Of a stretch of 64,000 nucleotides of DNA, positions 12,418 to 23,863 are shown piece by piece. The translations under genes were made by a program, and so were the position numbers. The notes beneath the pieces were generated by a model that was given only the letters and a program-made list of their open reading frames with translations, was not told where the DNA came from and made no database searches. Positions within the stretch are counted from its first letter, which is position 1. Each line of letters begins with the position of its first letter. Source of the stretch: Heptranchias perlo (lineage: Eukaryota); contig NC_090363.1 of assembly GCF_035084215.1 (NCBI RefSeq), forward strand, positions 6,696,001 to 6,760,000, given 5' to 3'.

Positions 12418-14416
12418 GTGTCACTACTGGATTAGAACAGGACAGAGTGTCACTACAGGATTGGAACAGGACAGAGTGTCACTACAGGATTAGAACAGGA
12501 CAGAGTGTCACTACAGGATTAGAACAGGACAGAGTGTCACTACAGGATTAGAACAGGACAGAGTGTCACTACAGGATTAGAACAGGACAGAGTGTCACTA
12601 CAGGATTAGAACAGGACAGAGTATCACTACAGGATTAGAACAGGACAGAGTATCACTACAGGATTAGAACAGGACAGAGTGTAATTACAGGATTAGAACA
12701 GGACAGAGTATCACTACAGGATTAGAACAGGACAGAGTGTAATTACAGGATTAGAACAGGACAGAGTGTAATTACAGGATTAGAACAGGACAGAGTGTAA
12801 TTACAGGATTAGAACAGGACAGAGTGTAATTACAGGATTAGAACAGGACAGAGTGTCACTACAGGATTAGAACAGGACAGAGTGTCACTACAGGATTAGA
12901 ACAGGACAGAGTGTAATTACAGGATTAGAACAGGACAGAGTGTCACTACAGGATTAGAACAGGACAGAGTGTCACTACAGGATTAGAACAGGACAGAGTG
13001 TCACTACAGGATTAGAACGGGACAGAGTGTCACTACAGGATTAGAACAGGACAGAGTGTCACTACAGGATTAGAACAGGACAGAGTGTCACTACAGGATT
13101 AGAACAGGACAGAGTGTCACTACAGGATTAGAACAGGACAGAGTATCACTACAGGATTAGAACAGGACAGAGTATCACTACAGGATTAGAACAGGACAGA
13201 GTGTAATTACAGGATTAGAACAGGACAGAGTATCACTACAGGATTAGAACAGGACAGAGTGTAATTACAGGATTAGAACAGGACAGAGTGTAATTACAGG
13301 ATTAGAACAGGACAGAGTGTAATTACAGGATTAGAACAGGACAGAGTGTAATTACAGGATTAGAACAGGACAGAGTGTCACTACAGGATTAGAACAGGAC
13401 AGAGTGTCACTACAGGATTAGAACAGGACAGAGTGTCACTACAGGATTAGAACAGGACAGAGTGTAATTACAGGATTAGAACAGGACAGAGTGTCACTAC
13501 AGGATTAGAACAGGACAGAGTGTCACTACAGGATTAGAACAGGACAGAGTGTCACTACAGGATTAGAACAGGACAGAGTGTCACTACAGGATTAGAACAG
13601 GACAGAGTGTAATTACAGGATTAGAACAGGACAGAGTGTAATTACAGGATTAGAACAGGACAGAGTGTAATTACAGGATTAGAACAGGACAGAGTGTAAT
13701 TACAGGATTAGAACAGGACAGAGTGTAATTACAGGATTAGAACAGGACAGAGTGTCACTACAGGATTAGAACAGGACAGAGTGTAATTACAGGATTAGAA
13801 CAGGACAGAGTGTCACTACAGGATTAGAACAGGACAGAGTGTAATTACAGGATTAGAACAGGACAGAGTGTAATTACAGGATTAGAACAGGACAGAGTGT
13901 AATTACAGGATTAGAACAGGACAGAGTATCACTACAGGATTAGAACAGGACAGAGTGTCACTACAGGATTAGAACAGGACAGAGTGTAATTACAGGATTA
14001 GAACAGGACAGAGTATCACTACAGGATTAGAACAGGACAGAGTGTCACTACAGGATTAGAACAGGACAGAGTGTCACTACAGGATTAGAACAGGACAGAG
14101 TGTAATTACAGGATTAGAACAGGACAGAGTGTAATTACAGGATTAGAACAGGACAGAGTGTAATTACAGGATTAGAACAGGACAGAGTGTCACTACAGGA
14201 TTAGAACAGGACAGAGTGTAATTACAGGATTAGAACAGGACAGAGTGTCACTACAGGATTAGAACAGGACAGAGTGTAATTACAGGATTAGAACAGGACA
14301 GAGTGTAATTACAGGATTAGAACAGGACAGAGTGTAATTACAGGATTAGAACAGGACAGAGTGTAATTACAGGATTAGAACAGGACAGAGTGTCACTACA
14401 GGATTAGAACAGGACA
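12418..14416. repeat. 29-bp minisatellite, about 69 copies
   Basis: Unit GTGTCACTACAGGATTAGAACAGGACAGA, with variants GTATCACT and GTGTAATT. Confidence 0.98.
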
Positions 14417-15361
14417 ATTGGAACTTTCAAGCCTGAGATAAATAAATTTTTCTTGGATAAGGGTATCAAGGGATATGAACCGACAGCAGGTAAATGGAGT
14501 TGAGGTACAAATCAGCCATTTAGAAATCCAAGTATCTTACATCCATTGCATTTCCGTTATCTACTCTTCCTGTTACTTCTTCAAAGAATTGCATAAGGTC
14601 AGTCAAGCGTGACCTTCCCTTTTGAAATCAGTGCTGACTGTGCTTTATTATATTTTCAGCTACTGGATGTTTTACCATTACATTTTTCAGTAAGAATTCC
14701 ATTATCTTTCCTACCAGCGACGTTAAGCCGACTGGTCTATAGTCCCCTGGATTTGTTCTAGCTTCCTTTTCAAATATAGGAATAACATTATCTGTCTGCC
14801 AGTCCTCTGGGACTATTCCCTTTTCTAATGAATTTTTATATAATGGTGCCTCTTCCTTTAGTTTGCACGGATGCAATCCTCCAGACCAGGGGGTTTTATC
14901 CTCTCTAAGTTTGACTGGTTTGTCAATTATCCCCCCCAGACTCATTTTCTACCTTATCTGCTTCAAATTTCCTGCAGTTTTTTGGTTTGGTCCAACTTTT
15001 ATTTCTCGAGATTTCCTGTTGATGTTTCGTTTTCACAGTTGCTTCCCTGTGATAACTTTTTTTTTTGATTGCTTTCTTTTATTTGTGTGTTTTAGGCTCC
15101 CCTTTTATAAGAAGGGGAGAGTGGGGGGGGGTTAGGGTGTGTTCATGCGCAGAAAACCAATAAACCCAAAATAAGCGTCAAATTAAAATGTTATGATATC
15201 CGCTCAGGATGCACTCCAGTCCCACCGGTCGAGGGAAGCCTCAAGCGTACTGGCAGAAACCGCGTGCTCCCTCTCCAGGGCCAGCCGGTGCGCGGAGAAT
15301 GCCCCGGGAGAGAGGCGGACAGTCGGAGCAACCGCGTGGTCCAGTGGATAGTGATACCTTT

Positions 15362-15484
15362 GCCTGAGGAAGGAGAAAATCTCCGAAAGCTTGTGAATTT
15401 AAAATAAAATTGCTGGACTATAACTTGGTGTTGTAAAATTGTTTACAATTGTCAACCCCAGTCCATCACCGGCATCTCCACATC
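15362..15484 (+). mobile_element. Penelope-like element terminal fragment with a hammerhead motif
   Basis: CTGAGGA-hairpin-GAAAGCTT...AATAAA...GGACTATAACTTGGTGTTG, flanked by an ATACCTTT direct repeat (15354, 15485). Confidence 0.7.
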
Positions 15485-15552
15485 ATACCTTTTCCTAACA
15501 GAGGGTGCTGGTAATTTTCCTCTCTCCCACTGTGCATTTAGCCCAAGTATTT

Positions 15553-15747
15553 GGAAATTTTCCTGCCACGTCCTCATTTCCCTTTCACACCCTCCCCCCC
15601 CCACCTCAGTGGCCAACCTCTGAGCCAATAGCAGCGGAGCGGGCCCTTCTGACCAATCGCAGCGGGAGGGATGGAACCCGTGGCATTGTGACGTAGGTGA
15701 GAGCCGTCCAATGGCAAAGGGAGGGCGGGGCCAGGCTAGGGCATAAA
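15553..15747 (+). promoter_or_regulatory. IER3 copy 1 promoter
   Basis: kB-like GGAAATTTTCC at 15553, CCAAT at 15625, 15653 and 15708, CRE-like TGACGTA at 15689, GC box at 15723, CATAAA at 15742. Confidence 0.65.
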
Positions 15748-15795
15748 GGGAGCGCGGGATGGCGACTTGTCATTCATTCACAAATTTGCAACACC

Positions 15796-16002
15796 ATGGA
15801 TGTAATTTACACTACAAGCGCTATGTCCTTCAGCAGGGGTTGCGATCTGAGCCAGCGGGCTAGCTCGGAGCGGCGGACCACCGGATTCATCGGCCGCAAG
15901 CCTACAATGCCCCAGATCTTCACTTTCGAGCCGATCCGGGAAAATAAGAGACCCAACCGACGCAAGAGAAGATCCCTTAAAGTTCTCTATCCACCCCACC
16001 AG
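15796..16002 (+). CDS. ier3: IER3/IEX-1-like copy 1, exon 1 (gene 15796-16414, 165 aa)
   Basis: Kozak ACACCATGG at 15796. Encodes MDVIYTTSAMSFSRGC...PQIFTFEPI...RKRRSLKVLYPPHQ, matching the human IER3 motifs EIFTFDPL and RKRSRRVLYP. Donor CAG|GTACAA at 16002/3, phase 0. A second Met at 15823 (MSFSRGC) aligns with human MCHSRSC. Confidence 0.88.
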
Positions 16003-16123
16003 GTACAAATCTGCCAATGTTGCTGCAAAAACTAGTTCACGTTGATTATATTTCAAACTTTTTATAAAGCAATATCTCTCTCTCGTTTTTAACATGCTCC
16101 ATCTATCTTCTCTCTCTCTCCAG

Positions 16124-16414
16124 GTGAGGAGGTCCCTTCCTACCGAGAAGGACATGGCCAAGAGGCTGCTCCTGTTTTTAATCTCCGTTGTCCTCATCCA
16201 GGTGTACGGCGCCGTGGAAGACGAGCTCAGCCTCTCCTCTCCGGACCTGAGCGCTGCGACGCAAGTCTCGGCGTCTAGCCCGGCCCCTTCGGGCTTCTCC
16301 GCCACCGCCGTGCTCCTCGACACGTCCCCGGGAGCTGAAGCCAACTGCACCCAACAGCCTGCAGGAGGGGACTCGCTACAGGCGACCGGAGTCGTCCGAT
16401 CCTGCAGGATGTGA
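16124..16414 (+). CDS. ier3: IER3-like copy 1, exon 2
   Basis: Polypyrimidine tract plus CAG acceptor at 16121-16123 (121-nt intron). Encodes VRRSLPTEKDMAKRLLLFLISVVLIQVYGAVEDE, compared with human [33 protein letters not shown] (hydrophobic segment). Stop TGA ends at 16414. Confidence 0.9.
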   Translation: MRRSLPTEKDMAKRLLLFLISVVLIQVYGAVEDELSLSSPDLSAATQVSASSPAPSGFSATAVLLDTSPGAEANCTQQPAGGDSLQATGVVRSCRM

Positions 16415-17030
16415 ACTGCGAAATGATTAAATCGTCTATTTATTTAATTTTTTGGTCCCCCCCCCCTCCCCCGGGGGAAGGGTGAGAACTGTCTCCAGCA
16501 TAAACTGACCAGAGCTCAAAACACTGTTATTGCCTATAACAAGTGGACGGAAATATGATGAACACAGCAGTGAAGTCTGACTCTAAATTTCCAGAGACTT
16601 AAAGGGGTGGGAGCTGAAGTGTTTTCAGCTTCAGTGAAAGACATATTTTTCCAGTTGTAGTAATATGTAAAACTACTGTATTCTGCCGTGGATTCCCCAA
16701 TACCAATGACCTTACATGCAATATTGCTGCTTCGTTCGTAGTGGTTGTTACTAATATATGTGGGGAGCTTATTTAAGGTTTATCTATTTTATTTATCATA
16801 TTTATGGAAGTGTTTAATTTATACTATTTAATATGTAGAGGACTTATTTTCGAAGTAAGTCTTCCTTTTACACAGTCTGTGTCGAAGATCTCACCTTGCA
16901 GTGGGACTTGAAAACTCACTTTGTAACAAAGTCTGAGGTTGTTAGTGGATCAGCCAGTCGTTGCAATGCAGGGTGTCTCATCCATTTGATGCTAGTATGT
17001 TCTGTGAACAATTATTTGGTGAAATAAAAA
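16415..17030 (+). promoter_or_regulatory. IER3 copy 1 3' UTR with AU-rich elements, CDE hairpin and poly(A) signal
   Basis: Repeated TATTTA motifs (16437-16446, 16769-16831), TGTTC-TGT-GAACA hairpin at 16998-17010, AATAAA at 17023. Confidence 0.7.
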
Positions 17031-17368
17031 CATTTAAAAAATAAAAAAAACTAACCTTGAAAGAAAACTCTGATGGTGTTTTTCTATCTCCTGTGGCCAA
17101 ATAACATCTCGTGTTTCTAGCTTAGAGTTGGCGTCTTCCATTTAAAAAAAAACCCTTACTTTATATTTGAGTACTGCTAAGTCATAGGGGGTGAAATTGG
17201 ACATGGGCGGGGGATGCAAACAGGCAGAATTGCTTTAGCTGCCTGTTACACCACACAGCCAATATTCAGTGCTTTTGAAGTCCCTTTCTTATCTTCCTTT
17301 CTTGCACCCTTCTCTGATTTGCCCCAATCTTCCTTCACCAGCTCTCGTAGACAAACTCCCCAGACCAT

Positions 17369-17606
17369 GGGGGTGATTATAACCCCCAAGAACGGGTGGG
17401 TTGGGGGCGTGCGGGACTTGAAAATAATTGGGGGTTTTTTGGGTTGCAACTGCAAAATTTTCAAACTTTGAATTCCCAGTGGGAAGCCTGTCCTTTTACA
17501 CGCCCAAGTTGAACCCAGAAATAAAGCCGGGTTGCGGTCGCGACCCCAAAAAACAACTATTTTCAACTCCCACCTGCCCGTTCTTGGGGTTTGAAATCAC
17601 CCCCCC
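17369..17606. mobile_element. MITE-like element with long terminal inverted repeats
   Basis: GGGGGTGATTATAACCCCCAAGAACGGG at one end and CCCGTTCTTGGGGTTTGAAATCACCCCCC at the other. Confidence 0.8.
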
Positions 17607-20600
17607 ATGTGTTTGCTTGTTTTCTTGGCTTCATAGGAAATCTGTAGCCTGACCTCTGACCCATGCCTGGCCTGGGGGGTTGGCCATCAGGGCTGCCAAT
17701 TATTATTCACTATCATACTAGGTTACAGCACAGAAGGCGGCCATTCGGCCCATTGTGCTTGTTATGTCTTTTTGAAAGAGCTATCCAATCAGTCCCATAG
17801 CTCTGTATATTTTCCCCTTGAAGTATTAATCTAATTCCCTTTTGAATGTTACTATTGAATCTGCTTCCACTACCGTTTCAGGCAGCGCATTCCAGATCAT
17901 AACCGCTCTGCATTAAAAAAATGTTTCCTCATCGCCTCTGGTTCTTTTGCCAATCAATTTAAATCTGTGTCCACTGGTTACCGACCCTTCTGCCACTGGA
18001 AACTGTTTCTCCTTATTTGAACACCTCTATCAAATCTCCTCTTAACCTTCTCTGCTCTAAGGAGAACAGGTCCAGTCTCTCCACATAACCGAAATCCCTT
18101 ATCCCTGGTATCATTCTAGTAAATCTCCTCTGCACCCTCTAAGGCCTTGACATCCTTCCTAAAGTGCAGTGCCCAGAATCGAACATAATACTCCAGCTGA
18201 GGCCAAACCAGTGTTTTATAAAGGCTTGGCATAAATTCCTTGCTTTTTACTCTATGCCTCTATTAATAAAGCCCAGAATCCCGTGTGCTTTTTTAACAGC
18301 CTTCTCAACTGTTCCTGCCACCTTCGAAGATTTGTGTACATACACCCCCAGATCTCTCTGTTCCTGATCCCCTTTAAAATTGTACCATTGCCTCTCTTCA
18401 TTCTTCCTACCAAAATGTATCACTTCACACCTTGCGTTAAATTTCGTCTGCCACGTGTCTGCCCATTTCACCAGTCTGTCTATGTCCTCCTGAAGTCTGT
18501 TACTATCCTCCACATTGGCTACCACTTCTCCCTGGTTGGAGGAGGGCGGGGGTGGAGGGGTCCCTGGGAACTATCTCCTGCAGTTCGCAAATGAATAGCA
18601 CATTCCAATCCCTAATGTCCAAATGTTTGCTGGAATGTACTTCAACAAATCTCGGTTGTTTCAAACAATCTGGAATTATCTCGCTGTAACATACATCCTC
18701 CCACCTCATTTTAGGCCGCTGTGGGGAGATTTCAACCCCTTGTGAGCTAAACTTAATAGTAACATATTAATTACAATCATACCAATATTCTGACACTGCA
18801 AAATACTTAAGAATCCTGATACGTGACAACGCACAAGGTCATAGCTGAGCTTGTAAGGCGAGGCGTTACCCATCCATTGGACATAAGTAATCATAACCAT
18901 GACAAAGGTAACGTATCAGTGCAGATTATTGCCAAATGCTTAACCGTCGTTTGACCGGTGTGACTGCATTTCTCAGGCTATTCAAATCACCGGGGACAAA
19001 TGTTTGAGGGTTGGTGAAGCAATGGTTCATACCAAGTCAGGACACTTGCTAATATAATCCGCAAGCACCGCGGGCAAGTCCCATTGATACACCTGTATGC
19101 TATGCGAAATATTTAAGGAGAATTTCTTTTAAAGTACCGTTGACTCATGTATGAGGCTCAGGCACCTGTGTGAGTTATGTGGCACCGTCAAGTGACTCAT
19201 TTAAAACAGCGAACAGTCTGAACGCATTCAAAGTCAGTCGACCACATTAAGTATAATGTAAAAGCAAGATTTGCACCTTCAAGGTCGGTATGCCTGTATT
19301 TTCCTCAACGATGCAGGTTTGAGAAAAGTTAAAAATATTTTTAAAACACGAGGTAATCCACAATTGCCAGCCCTGTGTAAAAATAATCTGCTCTGAGGGA
19401 GAGATAAAGGACTATACCTTTATATGGCACCTTATCATGTCTGTCTCCTTTAAATGGATTAGATCATGAGGACAGGTTGCACAGACTAGGCTTGTATTCC
19501 CTTGAGTATAGAGGTTTAAGGGGTGATCTAATTGAGGTGTTTAAGATAATTAAAGGAGATCATGGGGTAGATAGAGAGAGAAACTGTTTCCTCTGATGGG
19601 GGAGTCCATAACAAGGGGGCATAACCTTAAAATTAGAGCTAGGCCATTCAGGGGTGATGGCAACGAAACTATCAGTGGGGGAGCGTAACAGGCAGCAGAT
19701 TCGATACTGTCTGTCTTGCACTACCAAGACGAATTTCTAACCCCAAGATCTTGCCAACAGTCCTCCATGCTCCGAGCTCTCTGGTTTCAATCTGTCCTTC
19801 AGGAAGTACAAGTCCCTATGAGGGGGGGCCTGATTGAGGTAGCACGGAGGAGAGCAGTGCGGTTGTCAGCAGCACCCCTCGTGACCGATGGGCCGATTCC
19901 CAAAAGCCCTGGCTGAAGGGGGCTGATTTGACGTGTGCGCTGCCCCTCTGGCAACTGAAGACTCCCACTCCTCTGATTTCCTCAACACTGCATGGTCCTC
20001 TGGCCCCCGGACGAGGGAAGGAAAGTCAACAGTCGAAGGTAAGTGTGACTGGAGACAACGTGATCATCTGTTCGAAAGCTAATCTCTGTGCACCGGACAT
20101 TTAGTTTGCATTTAAGGGGTTGAACATGATTGAACGGAGTTAGTATTTGTGGTTAATCCAAAGGAGCCAACAGTTCCAAGAGATGTTGATTCAGTGGATC
20201 ACGCTGGAGAATTTCCAAAAACCCTAAGACCCCACTGACTGTTTGTACTTTTCTATTATGTTTCCTACTTTTTGTTTGCTCAGCAAGGTGAAGGATGTTA
20301 GTATTGAGGAATAGAGCACTTTCCATTACAGGGAACACTGTCAGCATCAATCACTCTGGGGTCAGGTATAGCACGCTTAGATACAGAGTTTGGATCCCTT
20401 TACACTATCCCATCAAACACTGCCAGGTCAGGTACAGGATAAATATGGAGAAACTATTTCCTCTGGTGTGGGGAATCAAGAACAAGGGGACATAATCTTA
20501 AAAGTAGAGTGAAATCAGGAAGCACATCTCCACACAAATGGGTAGTGGAAATCTGGAATTACCTCCCTCAACAGGCTGTGGATGCTGGGACAATTGGAGC

Positions 20601-23410
20601 TTTCAAGACTGAGATTGATAGATTTTTATTAGGTAAGGGTATCAAAGGATATGGAGTACAGGCAGGTACATGGAGTTGAGGTATAAATCAACCATGATCT
20701 AATTGAATGTCAGAGCAGACTCCAGGGGCTGAATAGGAACAGGAGGAGACCAATGTGGGCATGTTACTACAGTACAGGTTAGATGCAGAGTAATGGATCA
20801 TACTATTGTGAGATGTGCAATGGCTTGATTTCAATTACATTCCTTTCTTAACAGAAAGTCAAATATGGAAAACTCTGCAGGCTCCAAAACCAATAGCTTA
20901 TGAATGCTTAATGTGATTGTCTGACATTCTCCTCGCTCTGCTGCTTTAGCAGAGGTGTTAAAACCATCTATTTTAAACTGGTTAATGCCTCCACTAAAAT
21001 AGCAGACAGTGAAATTCCAAATGACCATATTAAGTGTCCGCACACTGGAATCCCAGGGGACAGTCTCTTCCATCCTCACTTTAGTTAAATTAAGTCATGT
21101 AAAATTCTGCTTAGTTGTTCGTGATTCTACCTTGCTAACATAAAGCTTTTCTTTTTTTGCTGTCTCGTGGGAACAAAGTTAATGCTCAAAGCAATGATTA
21201 TTTATTAGCCAAATGCAAGAATCCAGAATGATAGCACCAGGAGGCCTACATAACAGATGCGTGGGCACGTGCGCATGTGTGTGAGAGAAAAATCCAAATA
21301 TGGACATTTTTGTGTTGTTAGTGTTTTGTATATATTATACAATGACACACTAAAGCCTAGAAATAACTACAGGCATTATTATTGGACAAATGTTTAATAT
21401 GTTCCAACAACATTCGCATTTCTGCTAATTTAAAAGAAGCGCTCAAATATTTCTAGGCTGTGGTGATTAATGTTAACTGGATTTTGTTCTGAATGTTAAG
21501 ACAACAGATCAGAACAGCTCTCTTTGCCGAAGCTTCTTTAACATGAGTTTTAATCAGGTTCAGGACAAATTGCTGTTGTTTTCTCCAATGTAAGTGGCCA
21601 TTGAAATTGATAATCAGTGCTTTTATGTTGCTGTTTCAGTTTTGGTAAATAGCAGCTGCCCAGTGCTATCCGTATTTATATTTCCACGTGGTGCAATTCT
21701 CCACTGGATTGCGGCTCGCAAATCCGGTGACGGTTTACAAGGCTTGTGTGTCTCCACCGCCACTGGGAGTGTCAGCCGAGATTTTGTGCTCAAGTCTCTG
21801 GAGTGGGGGTTGAACCCACGACCTTGTGACTCAGAGGCGAGAGTGTGGTCACAATCGCGTAACACATTCATACTCATTCCCCTGTCCGCTATTTTAGCAG
21901 ATAGCACGCGTAAAAGGCCAGGAAAAGAACAACTGGTCTGTCCAGACGGGCACCATTAAGGCGTGATTCCCCCTCCCCCAGTTATGAATCTCCTGGGAGA
22001 GGCAAAAGAACGGAAAGAAAAATTTTAGACCAATTTAGTGAGAAGCTCTGGTAAATTCCACTCTGACCCTGAGGGTGATCTTGCAAAGCTCCAGGAGACC
22101 GCAGTCCATTGTATTCCTGTCATCTTCCCTTTCTACACCACAACAGTCTGTAAAGAGATGAAAAAGGACAGGGAATATCAGCATTAATGCATTTGAAATA
22201 AATGAGTCAATGCCTACATTAAAGTAGGAGGCAGAGGAAGGTCAAATGACGAAGTTATGTGTTCATCTGCTAATATGTATAACCTTGAAATTATACACTT
22301 AAAAGCTTTGCTGCCTTCAAAGGAATGTCGGGGCAAAGTTGGCAGTAGGACAAAACGGGTGATAGCGAACTGGCAGCCCATTTTATACCCTGCCTGGCTT
22401 TCTTTTCATTGACTTCGATGGGAAGGAAAATCGGGCAGGGTCTAAAACAGGCTGGGCCTGATGGGCCGAACGGCCTCCTTCTGTGCCGTAAATTCCTACG
22501 ATTTCTCGGCTGCCGCTTTGCTATGGCCCGTTTTTTTTTAAAACTGACCAGGACAAATTTCACCCTCAGCATCTTGCAGCGGTGGAAGGTGGGGAGCTGT
22601 TCGAGGGATTGTGGGGTAGAAATTCGTGTTGGGCGCGAGCGCTAAACGGCCGCCCGCGGGGCGTATAACGGGCGGCCGGTACCACACCGCCTGTTCTGCG
22701 TTAGCGCCCAAAGTGAATTTCTGCCCCTGTGTGTCTTAAACTGGCAAGATGGCTTTTTCTGTCACAGAAAAGGCTGTCCAAGCAGATTGACCTTTGACTT
22801 TCTATACTCCAAGTACGCAAATATTACCGTCTGCTCTGAAGTACTTGGAATCAGGTTACTGCAGTTGTGGCTTATTCCTTATGCTTCACTAATGTTTAAT
22901 TTGCAAATAATTATCACTGTCGTTTCACCTTGTACTAGTCTGGTCCTGCATTCGGTATTTCCTCTTTCCAAGTAGACTGAAGGAGTGGTGGAAATCTTAA
23001 GTAAAGTGCTGGCTGAGCTCAGTTGTGAATGATCTTACCTCTGAGTCAGAAGGTTACGGGTCTAATCCACACCAACGCAGCACCCCCTTAGTCTAGATTA
23101 TGTGCTCAAGCCTTGGAGCAGGGCTCGATCCCCACAACCTTCTAACTCAGGGGTGCGAGTGCTGAGGGAATACGTCGAATTACATCGAATGTACAGCACA
23201 GAATCAGGCCATTCGGCCCAACTGGTCCATGCCGGTGTTTATACTCCACATGAGCCTCCTCCCACCCTACTTCATCGAACGCTATCAACATAACCCTCTA
23301 TTCTTTTCTTCCTCCTGTGTTTATCCAGCTTTCCCTTAATGCTATTCGCCTCAACCATTCCCTGTGGTAGCGAGTTCCACATTCTAACCACTCTTTGGGT
23401 AAATACGTTT

Positions 23411-23863
23411 AGAATCATAGAAGTTTACAACATGGAAACAGGCCCTTCGGCCCAACATGTCCATGTCGCCCAGTTTATACCACTAAGCTAGTCTCAGTTG
23501 CCTGCACTTGGCCCATATCCCTCTATACCCATCTTACCCATGTAACTGTCCAAATGCTTTTTAAAAGACAAAATTGTACCCGCCTCTACTACTGCCTCTG
23601 GCATCTCGTTCCAGACACTCACCACCCTTTGAGTGAAAAAATAGCCCCTCTGGACCCTTTTGTATCTCTCCCCTCTCTCCTGAAATCTATGCCCCCTCGA
23701 TATAGACTCCCCTACCTTTGGGAAAAGATTTTGACTATCTACCTTATCTATGCCCCTCATTATTTTATAGACTTCTATAAAATCACCCCTAAACCTCCTA
23801 CTCTCCAGGGAAAAAAGTCTCAGTCTATCCAACCTCTCCCTATAAGTCAAACCATCAAGTCCT
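23411..23863 (-). mobile_element. CR1 3' fragment, same subfamily as 61288-62433
   Basis: Near-identical translation (TYRERLDRL...KHLDSYMGKMG). It interrupts an older LINE 3' fragment. Confidence 0.85.

Noticed and set aside
12418-14416. CRISPR-like array
   Set aside because: Units are contiguous with no unique spacers and the context is eukaryotic, so this is a minisatellite.
15697-16035. Unspliced ORF calls for the IER3 first exons (also 26613-26834 and 33711-34142)
   Set aside because: They use non-ATG starts upstream of the likely initiator and read into introns. The spliced models fit IER3 homology better.
15778-16350. 190-aa antisense ORF over IER3 copy 1 (and 34358-34804)
   Set aside because: Shadow of a GC-rich exon. 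The two versions agree only within the shared exon 2 tract and have no independent gene signals.
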